From Candidatus Gottesmanbacteria bacterium GW2011_GWA2_43_14 (GTDB lineage Bacteria; Patescibacteriota; Microgenomatia; 2-02-FULL-39-11): DNA of 64,000 nucleotides. Below are positions 41,007 to 49,899 of this stretch, in pieces. Position numbers and translations under genes: made by a program. The notes beneath the pieces are model-generated. The model made no database searches and had not been told where the DNA came from. It worked only from the letters and a program-made list of their open reading frames with translations. Each line of letters starts with the position of its first letter. Within the stretch, counting starts at the first letter, position 1. The DNA is taken from contig LCFP01000001.1 in the NCBI GenBank assembly GCA_000999095.1, positions 138,230-202,229 on the forward strand, read 5' to 3'.

Positions 41007-41510
41007 TTAAATTTTAAACAGAAGGGTTCTGATATTGTCTTCAATATTAGTGAAATCGTCTGCCATTTCCATAAGTTCCCGGTTGGCTGTCTTTTTAAAG
41101 GCAACAATCTCAACCAGACAACCGACAGCCTGCTGGAGGTAATTTACCACCGGACGGAAATCGCCGTCGCCTGAAACCAGAATTATGGAATCTACCTTTT
41201 GCCCCAAGCGGATGCCATCCATGGCCATACCGATATCCCAATCACCTTTTTTAGCTCCTCCCAAAAATATCTGAATCGGTTTTTCCTTTACTTCAAAACC
41301 GGCGTTATTCAGAGCATCAAAGAATTCCTGCTCATCTGAATCGGCCTTAATGACATAGGCGATGGCACGGACCAGAATTCTGCCAGCTAATATCAGATTG
41401 AGCAGTTTTTTAAAATTAATCCTTGATTTATAGAGGTTTCTGGCCGAATAGTAAAGGTTTTGGACATCAACTAAAACGGCAACTCTCTGGTCAGGATTTT
41501 TTACTATCAT
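41007..41510 (-). CDS. NYN/LabA-like (PIN-fold) domain protein
   Basis: VAVLVDVQNLYYS (N-terminal acidic PIN motif), ILVSGDGDFRPVV (LabA/NYN GDGDF). Confidence 0.65.
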   Translation of the reverse strand: MIVKNPDQRVAVLVDVQNLYYSARNLYKSRINFKKLLNLILAGRILVRAIAYVIKADSDEQEFFDALNNAGFEVKEKPIQIFLGGAKKGDWDIGMAMDGIRLGQKVDSIILVSGDGDFRPVVNYLQQAVGCLVEIVAFKKTANRELMEMADDFTNIEDNIRTLLFKI

Positions 41511-41530
41511 CTTTATCCATTATACACATT

Positions 41531-42379
41531 TTATTTCCGGTAAAGCTTTATCGCCTCGTAAAAACCGTAAAAGAAAGACCGGTCGCCTGAAAACAAAGCT
41601 TTTAAAAAATAATAGGGAAGCCAGACGGCATGTCTTGCCAGATAACCGCCCTGATTCAGATTCTTCCAGACGAAATAAAACTGGTTGCGGTAGGCAATCA
41701 TTTTGATTTTATCAGGCGTAAAGAAGCTGCGGATGGCTCCTTCGCCTTGCCGGTGGACCACTCTACTTCGCGGTTCAAAGAAAATCCGGTAGCCCGCCTT
41801 AACCGCCCGCCATGAGAGATCAACATCTTCCCAATAAAAAGGATCGTATTTTTCATCCAGTCCACCCAGCTTTTGCCAGATATTCCTGCGGTACAGACCA
41901 GCCCCGCCCGATACCCAGAGTGTATCTTTTTTATCCGTTCCTCCCCTGCGGTGCAGCAGAAAACCTCTTTTAAACCCGCCTGTAGCCCTTCCCCGCCCGA
42001 CTGTCCCCTCTTTCTCCTGACTCTCCTGAAGCATACCGACGGCGAAGACTGAGGGATCATTGAAATAAGGCAGGAGCGGCCCCAGCAGATTTTTCCTGGG
42101 GTATACATCCGAATTTAAAAGAAGCAACAGTTCCCCCTGTGCCGACTTAACTCCCAGATTGACGCTTGAGGCAAAACCCATGTTTTGCTTTCTGGAAATA
42201 ACTTTTATTTGAGGATAATTTTTACTTAAGAAATCCGCGCTTCCGTCTGTCGAAGCATCATCTACAATAATCACTTCAGCATCTATTAATTCTTTCAGTA
42301 CTTGCGGCAGATTCTTCTCGAGCAGTTTTCTTCCGTTAAAATTGGGGATGATGACGGATATTTTCATAATAACTTCCAC
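41531..42379 (-). CDS. GT2 family glycosyltransferase
   Basis: ISVIIPNFNGRKLLEKNL..VIIVDDASTDGS, NSDV, WEDVDLSWR. Confidence 0.7.
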   Translation of the reverse strand: MEVIMKISVIIPNFNGRKLLEKNLPQVLKELIDAEVIIVDDASTDGSADFLSKNYPQIKVISRKQNMGFASSVNLGVKSAQGELLLLLNSDVYPRKNLLGPLLPYFNDPSVFAVGMLQESQEKEGTVGRGRATGGFKRGFLLHRRGGTDKKDTLWVSGGAGLYRRNIWQKLGGLDEKYDPFYWEDVDLSWRAVKAGYRIFFEPRSRVVHRQGEGAIRSFFTPDKIKMIAYRNQFYFVWKNLNQGGYLARHAVWLPYYFLKALFSGDRSFFYGFYEAIKLYRK

Positions 42380-44640
42380 TCAACCTGTATTTCATGATTT
42401 CCGGGAGGAACAATAATACCGGTCAAAGACAAATCTACGCGGTGGACTTTTACGGGTAGGGTATCGACTGTGGCTTTCATAAATGGATTATGAATTTCGC
42501 TTAATACCAGAAGCCTGGACTGATTTGCAGCTGTTTTAATTTTTATCAGGTTGGGTAAATAGGCTGTTATCTGGGCAGACTCGTTATCTGCCAAAGGGCT
42601 CTCGGCGAGACCCAAATCACCTTCACTGACGGCTGTTAAACGCAAATTGACGCCTAAGTCATACATTTCTTCAATTGCTTCCTGCGCGTTATTAACCACT
42701 ACCTGCCGGTTGACCAAAAATGCTCTTGGGAAAAAGTCCTGCCGCCGGTATAGAAAAGTCTCGCCTTCATTTATGATAAAGCTGTAATTCGGATTATCCA
42801 GAATCCCGTAACTTAAAATATATTTTACATTCAAAAGGTCCGCCAAAAATGAATCTGATGCCTGGGGAGTGACAATCCGGTTGAAAGCCGAAGGGGAGAT
42901 ATCCGGTTTTTGCCTATCCCAGGCTGCCGCATATAGGGCGAAATTGGTCAAATACAGAGGGTCATAACCGGAAACGTCGTAAAGTCCGTGGACAACGGAA
43001 AAATTGGGCGGAAGAATACGGCGGTCCAATGACATTATGCGGAATAATGACCTGTCAGACTTCAGCTCTTTGATAATCCGAGATTCCGGGTAAAGATAAC
43101 CCGGCTCGGAAAAAGAGGTAAATTTCCAGCCGAAACGCAACAAATCAGTTATTATCAAAACAACGAACAACCATAAAAAAATTTTCCGGACATATTCAGT
43201 TTTTAAAAATATAAAAAGTACTAAAAAGATATAAACCAACATAAAGACTGACGTCGGCCAGATCAGATTCCTTAAACTGATTTGGTTTGGTGGAGGTAAT
43301 TGACCGCTGGTGATTGCCGGAACCAGAACAAGTAACCAAGTGGCAAAAAACAGAACAGCCATTCCGTTGAGGATGAATAAAAGCGGCCGGCCGGAAACAG
43401 ACAACGCCCTATGCCTGCCCGAAACAGTTCCATGCAAACGTTGGAAAGCCAAAGCTGCCAGAACTGACAGTGATAAATCCAGCAAAAAAAGCAAACGGGT
43501 CGGCTGGCTGGAAGACAGGAAAGGAATATTCAAATTTCTGATTAAGGCTGCCGCAGGAGTCGGCAGGGCAAAAAGCAGGCAAATTAAACTGACAGCCGCA
43601 AAAAATCTGACGGTCGCATCTTTTAATAACAAGATGGAAGAAATTGCCAGAACCAGGCCTCCTACGCCGATGAATCCGATAAATTCCCCGTAATTCCAGA
43701 CGCCGAAATAGTTGCCGGTAGCCGGGTTGCCGAAAAAATCAGGCACCAGAAATTGAATGAGGTTCTGCCAGGGCAGAAAAAAGCCTTCACTCAGTTGTGA
43801 CTGATCGGCCGTCCTGTAGCTGTTGAGGATAAAATTCAGTGTAGGCAATGCCTGCGGCAGGCTCAATAAAATAAATATTCCAAAGGATAAAACCGCCTTT
43901 TTAACATGTTTTGACCTGCTTTTTTCCATTCTTATCAGCCGGTAAGACAAATATGAAACAACCAGGATAAAACCGTAGATGAAAACCTGCAGGTGTCCGG
44001 CCAAAAAAGATGAAAGCAGGCAAGCACTTAAAACCAACGGCCATTTCCGGCCTTTATCTGTCGTTAGTTTATCCGCTGCCAATAGAGCCAGCGGCACCCA
44101 GGCGGCAGCGTGAAGAAGCGTATTCCATTCAAGCCAGGCTATGGCAAAACCGCCGTAAGCATAAATTACCCCTCCGATAAAGGCTGCGGGAGAATCCAGC
44201 TTAAGATTCCTCAAAAAAAGATACATGGCCATACCGGCCATTAAGGTAGACAAAACAATTTGCCAGGACCAGGCCAGACTGAAAGGCAAAAAAAGGTACA
44301 AAATATTCAAAGGATAAAAAACCGCACTTTGGAAATTAGCCAAAAGCGGCGTACCGGCAAAGGAGTACGGATTCCAAACAGGCAAAAGTCCCTGTTTCAA
44401 CTGATCCACTGCCAATTTTCTCCAGACATACTGCTGCCTTACCGGATCCGTAATCAGAAAATTCCTGAAAGGGATGCCGGACGGGTAATCTGCTGAAAAC
44501 AAATCCCTGTAAGGATGGTAAAGTCCGACAATGGTATCAGCGGGGATCGGTAATTTACCGAGGAAAAAAAATTGCCGGTAAAAAATGACGGCCGTAAATA
44601 TCTGCAGCAGGATAAATAAGTTATTTCTGAAGAATTTCAT
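42364..44640 (-). CDS. YfhO-family polytopic membrane glycosyltransferase (GT-C-like), 758 aa
   Basis: GLYHPYRDLF...DPVRQQYVWRKL...LPVWNPYSFAGTPLLANFQSAVFYP resembles the YfhO N-terminal signature. More than 12 TM helices plus a C-terminal extracytoplasmic domain. Confidence 0.55.
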   Translation of the reverse strand: MKFFRNNLFILLQIFTAVIFYRQFFFLGKLPIPADTIVGLYHPYRDLFSADYPSGIPFRNFLITDPVRQQYVWRKLAVDQLKQGLLPVWNPYSFAGTPLLANFQSAVFYPLNILYLFLPFSLAWSWQIVLSTLMAGMAMYLFLRNLKLDSPAAFIGGVIYAYGGFAIAWLEWNTLLHAAAWVPLALLAADKLTTDKGRKWPLVLSACLLSSFLAGHLQVFIYGFILVVSYLSYRLIRMEKSRSKHVKKAVLSFGIFILLSLPQALPTLNFILNSYRTADQSQLSEGFFLPWQNLIQFLVPDFFGNPATGNYFGVWNYGEFIGFIGVGGLVLAISSILLLKDATVRFFAAVSLICLLFALPTPAAALIRNLNIPFLSSSQPTRLLFLLDLSLSVLAALAFQRLHGTVSGRHRALSVSGRPLLFILNGMAVLFFATWLLVLVPAITSGQLPPPNQISLRNLIWPTSVFMLVYIFLVLFIFLKTEYVRKIFLWLFVVLIITDLLRFGWKFTSFSEPGYLYPESRIIKELKSDRSLFRIMSLDRRILPPNFSVVHGLYDVSGYDPLYLTNFALYAAAWDRQKPDISPSAFNRIVTPQASDSFLADLLNVKYILSYGILDNPNYSFIINEGETFLYRRQDFFPRAFLVNRQVVVNNAQEAIEEMYDLGVNLRLTAVSEGDLGLAESPLADNESAQITAYLPNLIKIKTAANQSRLLVLSEIHNPFMKATVDTLPVKVHRVDLSLTGIIVPPGNHEIQVEWKLL

Positions 44641-45688
44641 CTACCTTCTCCCGCAAATGTTTCAGGGAATACAGATCAGCTTTGATGACAGCTTCCGCAG
44701 CAAGCCTTCCACGTTCATTTTCATCTGCCGCAATTTGGGCCGTTCTTTCCAACAAAGATTCTTCATCATCCCAAAAAATCCCGTTGATGCCGTTGTTGAT
44801 AATATCCAGTTGTCCTCCTGCCCTGAAAACGACGGGAACGGCTCCGGAGGCCATGGCTTCCAATGTAGTTATGCCGAAATGCTCTGCTTTTTCCGGATAT
44901 TTGATAAGGTTTTGCCCGAAACCTGCCGCATGCCAGTATATTTTAGCCTGGGAATAAAGTCTGCACAGATCGCTAAAGGCTAAATTGCTGTATACGGATA
45001 CCGGCTTGCCTATTATTTTGGCACGGAGTTTCTCCAAATACTTGATTCCGCTGTTTTCGCTGACGTTGCCAACCAGTATCAGCTGCCAACCCGGAAAATA
45101 ATCCTGATGGTATCGGCTGAAAAAATCTATCAAAAATTCCTGGTTTTTCTGGTGCAAATCTGAAGAAAAATAACGGCCGACATTCAGGATTATATTCTTT
45201 TTTTTCTTTTCATCATAAGAAAACATGTCGGTATTTACCGCCGGCGACAGTATTTTAACTTTAATTTTCAGTCTTTCCTCAATAATGCCTTTCATGAAAT
45301 CCGAATAACAGACTGTCTGCCAATTGAAAAGTTTCAGGTGGTTAAAAATGGAATCAGCCGGAATATGTTTGGGTGACTGGATAATTAAAATGTTTTTGCG
45401 GGCAAAGGGGAAAAAAAGGCTGCCGTCAGTGGTATGGAAAAATAAGTCGAAGCGTTTCATAAGACGGAACCTTTTAGCGGCATCCCCCTTCATCAGCTCC
45501 GGATCTAGAAATTCACCCCTTAACTCAATGCCGAAGACTTCCCGGGCTTTTTTTAGAAGATGCCCCTGCCCGATAAAATAAATCCGGTAATTTTCCGAGA
45601 GGGCTTTGGCTATCTGAAAAAGATAACGCTCTCCCCCTCCGGCAATCTGCCAGTACGGGCTGTAAAAAGCGGCCGATTTTTTTTTCAT
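44621..45688 (-). CDS. GT4 family glycosyltransferase
   Basis: EHFGITTLEAMASGAVPVVF (E-x7-E). An A9 tract follows the ATG immediately (MKKKS). Confidence 0.7.
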   Translation of the reverse strand: MKKKSAAFYSPYWQIAGGGERYLFQIAKALSENYRIYFIGQGHLLKKAREVFGIELRGEFLDPELMKGDAAKRFRLMKRFDLFFHTTDGSLFFPFARKNILIIQSPKHIPADSIFNHLKLFNWQTVCYSDFMKGIIEERLKIKVKILSPAVNTDMFSYDEKKKKNIILNVGRYFSSDLHQKNQEFLIDFFSRYHQDYFPGWQLILVGNVSENSGIKYLEKLRAKIIGKPVSVYSNLAFSDLCRLYSQAKIYWHAAGFGQNLIKYPEKAEHFGITTLEAMASGAVPVVFRAGGQLDIINNGINGIFWDDEESLLERTAQIAADENERGRLAAEAVIKADLYSLKHLREKVDEILQK

Positions 45689-45691
45689 ATT

Positions 45692-46432
45692 CTAATTCAC
45701 GGGGCGGTTGTTTTGCTTCTCCCAAAGCTTGGCATAAGTAATGAACATGGAAAATGACTGGTAAAGGCTTTCTATCAAACCGACAGTACCGGCAAGATAT
45801 CCTTTTTCCCGGATATAGGATTTCCAAAAAGCCGAAATCATTACTCTGAAAAACCGCCACCATGAAATCGGCGGGTGGTTGTTCTTGTATCTCAACTGGG
45901 CTTCAAAATCGGACCAGATGTTCGTCTTTTCCAGCATGCCCGTTAAATCCCTATGGGTATCGTGCATCAGTTCCCCGTCCAATCTGCCGATTTTTCCTCT
46001 TACCTGCGCCGTCTCATGAAGACCCCCCTGCCAGCCGACCAAAGCGTCTTTGCGCACCAGACGGACCATGCTTTCCCGGTTAGGCCAGAGGCGGCCGAAA
46101 TAATAATTTTTTCGGTCAACAGCAAAAGCTGCATAACCGGATTTGACCGCAGACCTTATGCTGGCTTTAAGTTGGGACGAAATCCATTCGTCCGCATCAA
46201 CGTAAAGCAGCCAATCTCCTTTGGCTTTTTCTCTGCCGATGTTTCTTAAATAAGCAAAATCAAGGCCGGATACGGAAAAAACCCTGGCTCCTTTTTTTTC
46301 GGCAAGGTTGCTTGTTTTATCAATGGATAAATTGTCAATTACCACCACTTCATCGCAGAATGAAAGTGAAGCCAGGCAGCGGCTGATTGTTTCGGCTTCA
46401 TTTTTGGCAATTATGACGGCTGATAAAATCAT
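45692..46432 (-). CDS. GT2 family glycosyltransferase (short WaaE/KdtX-like subfamily, paralog 2 of 3)
   Basis: ILSAVIIAKNEAETISRCLASLSFCDEVVVIDNLSIDKT, DADE, C-terminal EKGYLAGTVGLIESLYQSF..YAKLWEKQ. Confidence 0.65.
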   Translation of the reverse strand: MILSAVIIAKNEAETISRCLASLSFCDEVVVIDNLSIDKTSNLAEKKGARVFSVSGLDFAYLRNIGREKAKGDWLLYVDADEWISSQLKASIRSAVKSGYAAFAVDRKNYYFGRLWPNRESMVRLVRKDALVGWQGGLHETAQVRGKIGRLDGELMHDTHRDLTGMLEKTNIWSDFEAQLRYKNNHPPISWWRFFRVMISAFWKSYIREKGYLAGTVGLIESLYQSFSMFITYAKLWEKQNNRPVN

Positions 46433-47325
46433 AAAATTCCCTTACCCATCCGGCCGAAATAATAATCCAAAACTGCCCGTCTCATGATGCCGCCGTGGCC
46501 TGCCAGATGTAGGGAATCGAAAAAGAGCGATTTTTTTGTCCTTAAGGGAGCATAACGGTAACCGATATAAAGTCTGTTTCTGGTCTGAAAGTAAAGGTGG
46601 AGCTTTGAACCGGGACCCTCTGACGACAATGCATTCTTATGCCAAACAACCGCTTCCGGACAATAATATATTTTAAGACCTTTAGATTTTACCCTTAATG
46701 ATAAATCAACATCTTCGTAATAGAGAAAGAAACGCTTGTCGAAATTACCGGCTTTTTTTATAGCCTCAGCCGTTATCAGCATGCAGCAGCCGGTGGCAAA
46801 ATCAGTTTCCTCCGATTTGTCGAATTGCCCCCGGTCAACTTCATCAACACCCCGGTGCGAAGCCTGGACATACGACCAGTTTAAAATTCCGCCGGCATAC
46901 CAAATTACTTTCCCCTGATCTTTTTTGCTGTATTTTTGTGTCCTATATTCGAATCCTTTGGCAAAATAAATTTTAGGAGATACAAGTCCGGCGTTTTTAT
47001 GCCGGCGGGAAAATCCGACCAGCCTGCTGATCAAATTTGTACCTGTCAGGGTATCACTGTTTATGAGAACAATACGGTCAAAATGGTCGTTGAGCGCTTT
47101 TTTTATACCCAAATTGCAGCCCTCGGCAAATCCGGTATTTTTCCCCGGCAATATTAAAGTTGATGACGGATACTTCCAGACAACGGAAGACATATCATCT
47201 GTACCATTGTTGACAAGATAAACGGAAAACTCTGATTTCTTCTCCATTTTGAAAAGCGAATTCAGGCAGTCAAAGGTAGACTGTTTGCCCCGGTAATGGA
47301 TGATGACGACGGCGGCTCTATGCAT
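46429..47325 (-). CDS. GT2 family glycosyltransferase (WbbL/RfbF-like rhamnosyltransferase-type)
   Basis: AAVVIIHYRG, NSDT, FFLYYEDVDLSLR..CPEAVVWHK, typical of the GT2 RfbF-like clade. Confidence 0.6.
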   Translation of the reverse strand: MHRAAVVIIHYRGKQSTFDCLNSLFKMEKKSEFSVYLVNNGTDDMSSVVWKYPSSTLILPGKNTGFAEGCNLGIKKALNDHFDRIVLINSDTLTGTNLISRLVGFSRRHKNAGLVSPKIYFAKGFEYRTQKYSKKDQGKVIWYAGGILNWSYVQASHRGVDEVDRGQFDKSEETDFATGCCMLITAEAIKKAGNFDKRFFLYYEDVDLSLRVKSKGLKIYYCPEAVVWHKNALSSEGPGSKLHLYFQTRNRLYIGYRYAPLRTKKSLFFDSLHLAGHGGIMRRAVLDYYFGRMGKGIL

Positions 47326-48229
47326 AGCTGGCGACTTTGCGCATGAAGCGGTAAATCAACTCCCTTAAAATACCCGGTTTTTTCTTTAAAAGTTCATTGT
47401 AGAGCCAATATTTTCTGAGGCGGCTTTCTTTGTCCGCCAGCTTAGCGAAAGAGTCCAAATTGACTGCTTCCTGCTGAAAATTTGACAATTCCCACAGCTT
47501 CAAGGCAACCACTGTTTCAGAGAGTGCCTGCAGCAGAGACAGGGATAAACCATGCAGACCGTCCCGGTAACCCTCATACAGAAAAAAGCGCCTGACAAAT
47601 TCGTTGGCCGGATTTAGCATGAGCATATCGAGGGAAAATTTACGGTTTGAAAGATACATTTCCTTGGCCTGAATGGTCGAATAACGGTTCATTCGTTCCA
47701 GGAATTGTTCGACCGTCTGATAATGATAATGAATCAGGGCGGATTCTTCCTGTTGCGGCAACTCCCTGCCTTCGCCTGTGGTTATGGGTACACCGTGAAG
47801 TTTATCAATCCAGGATATGGTGCCTTTTCTGAAAAAACGGATCTGATAATCCGGCCACCAACCGGCATGTTTAATCCATTTTCCGAAAACCAGATTCTTG
47901 CGGGGAATTCTGTAAAAATTGACGGCTGATTCATTCTTACCGGCTATTTCCGCAAGAAGTAAAGACAAAGGGCGCGGCACTTCCTCATCGGCATCGGCAA
48001 CTAATATCCAATCCCCGCGGGCTTTATTCAATGCAAAATTGCGTGCCGGTTCGACAAAACCGGTATAGGGATGGTGGTACACCCTGGCCCCTGTCTCCTT
48101 AACCCTGGCAACTGTGCCGTCCTTTGATCCCATGTCGACCACAATAATTTCATCGGCAAATGAAAGGGAAGAAAGGCAGCGGGTGATGTTGTTCTCTTCA
48201 TTTAAAGTGTGAACAACGGCTGAAATCAT
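47318..48229 (-). CDS. GT2 family glycosyltransferase (short WaaE/KdtX-like subfamily with C-terminal extension, paralog 3 of 3)
   Basis: ISAVVHTLNEENNITRCLSSLSFADEIIVVDMGSKDGT, DADEEV, EGYRDGLHGLSLSLLQAL..LKLWE. Confidence 0.65.
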   Translation of the reverse strand: MISAVVHTLNEENNITRCLSSLSFADEIIVVDMGSKDGTVARVKETGARVYHHPYTGFVEPARNFALNKARGDWILVADADEEVPRPLSLLLAEIAGKNESAVNFYRIPRKNLVFGKWIKHAGWWPDYQIRFFRKGTISWIDKLHGVPITTGEGRELPQQEESALIHYHYQTVEQFLERMNRYSTIQAKEMYLSNRKFSLDMLMLNPANEFVRRFFLYEGYRDGLHGLSLSLLQALSETVVALKLWELSNFQQEAVNLDSFAKLADKESRLRKYWLYNELLKKKPGILRELIYRFMRKVASYA

Positions 48230-49899
48230 ATCCTTCTGATAATTTTACACTTACTTGCTCCGTTCAACAAATCCTGATGGAAAAAAACACCTATCTTCGA
48301 TAGCGGAAAGCTTTTAAATTTTGCCAGGGTTTGGTACGGAAAGCTGAATAATCCGAAAAAGGGAGCGGATGATTTAAACCCTAAAAGTTTCTCTGGCGGC
48401 AGGTAAAGGCCGGCAAAATGACTCCCCTCGATTTTCGAATAAACCAATAAAGGTCTTACGGATGATTTCTTCCAGGTGTAGTAATCCAACAACAGGCGAT
48501 TGAAATAGCCCGTCCAAAAAGGCTGTTTATCCTCAAATTTCACAATCAACCTGCCGTTGTTCCTGATTCCGAACCTATCCAGGGTCAACCTGCCGGAGTT
48601 TTCCTTCTGCTGATAATCCAAATTAAATATATCTCCCTGCCTCTTAACGGAGGTAAAGATTATATCTTCAGCTATCAAAAGGGAATTATTGTCTGAAAGG
48701 TCATCCAGGCATGACGGCAGATATCGTTCCAATCGGGGTTCTCTGTCCGCGGTCAGCAGATCATTAAAAAAGAATGGCTGATATACTTTCAGGTCGCGAA
48801 TTTTTAAGACACCCTCTGAAAGCTCAAGATAAGCGCGGTATGCGGAAAAGTTAAACCACCAGCCGGCTGTTTTTTTCCCTTCGCGATCCAGTCCGTAAAC
48901 CACACTGGCAGGCTGATTTTCCCGGGAAAGACCTTTAAAAATCCCGGCGAATTGACGCATGGTGCTGAGTCTTATTTCTCCTTTGTCCCGGCGAAGCCGG
49001 AGCTCCGCAATTTGCCTGACGAATTCATCCAGGAATTCCCAACCTTCCTGTCCTGCCTCGAGCCCGACTGTTACCTGGTTTATCGGATTCAACTTGTCAA
49101 AATAGCTGTCCAAAAGAATCCGGAAATATGAAATAGATAAATTATGATGGTTTATATAATCATTTGCCTGAAAGCTGTATGTTGAGTCTCCGACAGTCAG
49201 GCCGTATCCTTTTATCGGGTCCCTGGCTGCCCATTGTATGGCGACCGGACCTGCCTTGTCTGTCCCGGCGGGAATTAACGGATTGTGTAAGGAGGAAATG
49301 TAAGGAATTCCCCAGGGTTTACCCCAAAGTCCGTATGTATCGGTCACATACTGGTCGGCAACCCCCAGAATCGCTGCCAAAGAATATTTGTTCTGAAGAT
49401 AATTGACGGTCACCGCATCCACATACCAGGCCCCTGCAGAAGACGGCAACTCGCCGAAGACTGATTTAAACCGGGTAACAAGACGGTCGGCCATTCTGAT
49501 TCTTTCATCCGGTTGGTAACCGGAAAAGAGAATCTGGTTGGCAGCCGCTTTATCAAAATCACCGAAATGGTATGATACCAGGCTGTCGTTTGCCAACTGC
49601 TGATCAACTTCCAGAAAAAGTCCCATTTCCGGCCTGTTTTTTAAACCATGTAGATAGTTTACAACTTCAGTGTCATTCAGATTGGCATATGTCAGAAGGA
49701 CCGTAGAGGGCAATTTTTCTTTATTGAGGTAATCCAGAATCTGCCTTGGTTTGGCAAAATCCTGCCAATATTCCCTGCCTCGAAAAGGGATTACGATAGT
49801 GGCAAAGTTTTGCGATGCGGCAAAAATATTCCCCGAATAAATCGGAGAAGAAAAAACGACAGTCAGCAGGATAAAAAAGAATAAAAGGATTCTTCTCAT
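48226..49899 (-). CDS. Secreted or extracytoplasmic protein of unknown function (557 aa)
   Basis: N-terminal signal peptide MRRILLFFFILLTVVFSSPIYSG. No motif I can assign. Location between GT2 genes and the flippase suggests a carbohydrate-active role. Confidence 0.45.
   Translation of the reverse strand: MRRILLFFFILLTVVFSSPIYSGNIFAASQNFATIVIPFRGREYWQDFAKPRQILDYLNKEKLPSTVLLTYANLNDTEVVNYLHGLKNRPEMGLFLEVDQQLANDSLVSYHFGDFDKAAANQILFSGYQPDERIRMADRLVTRFKSVFGELPSSAGAWYVDAVTVNYLQNKYSLAAILGVADQYVTDTYGLWGKPWGIPYISSLHNPLIPAGTDKAGPVAIQWAARDPIKGYGLTVGDSTYSFQANDYINHHNLSISYFRILLDSYFDKLNPINQVTVGLEAGQEGWEFLDEFVRQIAELRLRRDKGEIRLSTMRQFAGIFKGLSRENQPASVVYGLDREGKKTAGWWFNFSAYRAYLELSEGVLKIRDLKVYQPFFFNDLLTADREPRLERYLPSCLDDLSDNNSLLIAEDIIFTSVKRQGDIFNLDYQQKENSGRLTLDRFGIRNNGRLIVKFEDKQPFWTGYFNRLLLDYYTWKKSSVRPLLVYSKIEGSHFAGLYLPPEKLLGFKSSAPFFGLFSFPYQTLAKFKSFPLSKIGVFFHQDLLNGASKCKIIRRI

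Noticed and set aside
38847-41510. DnaQ-GIY-YIG + SET + NYN trio as a defence system or mobile island
   Set aside because: No flanking mobility genes or repeats. The exonuclease-GIY-YIG fusion is a known repair-type (Cho-like) architecture, and NYN/LabA proteins are common housekeeping-like genes. Kept only as a modest-interest finding.
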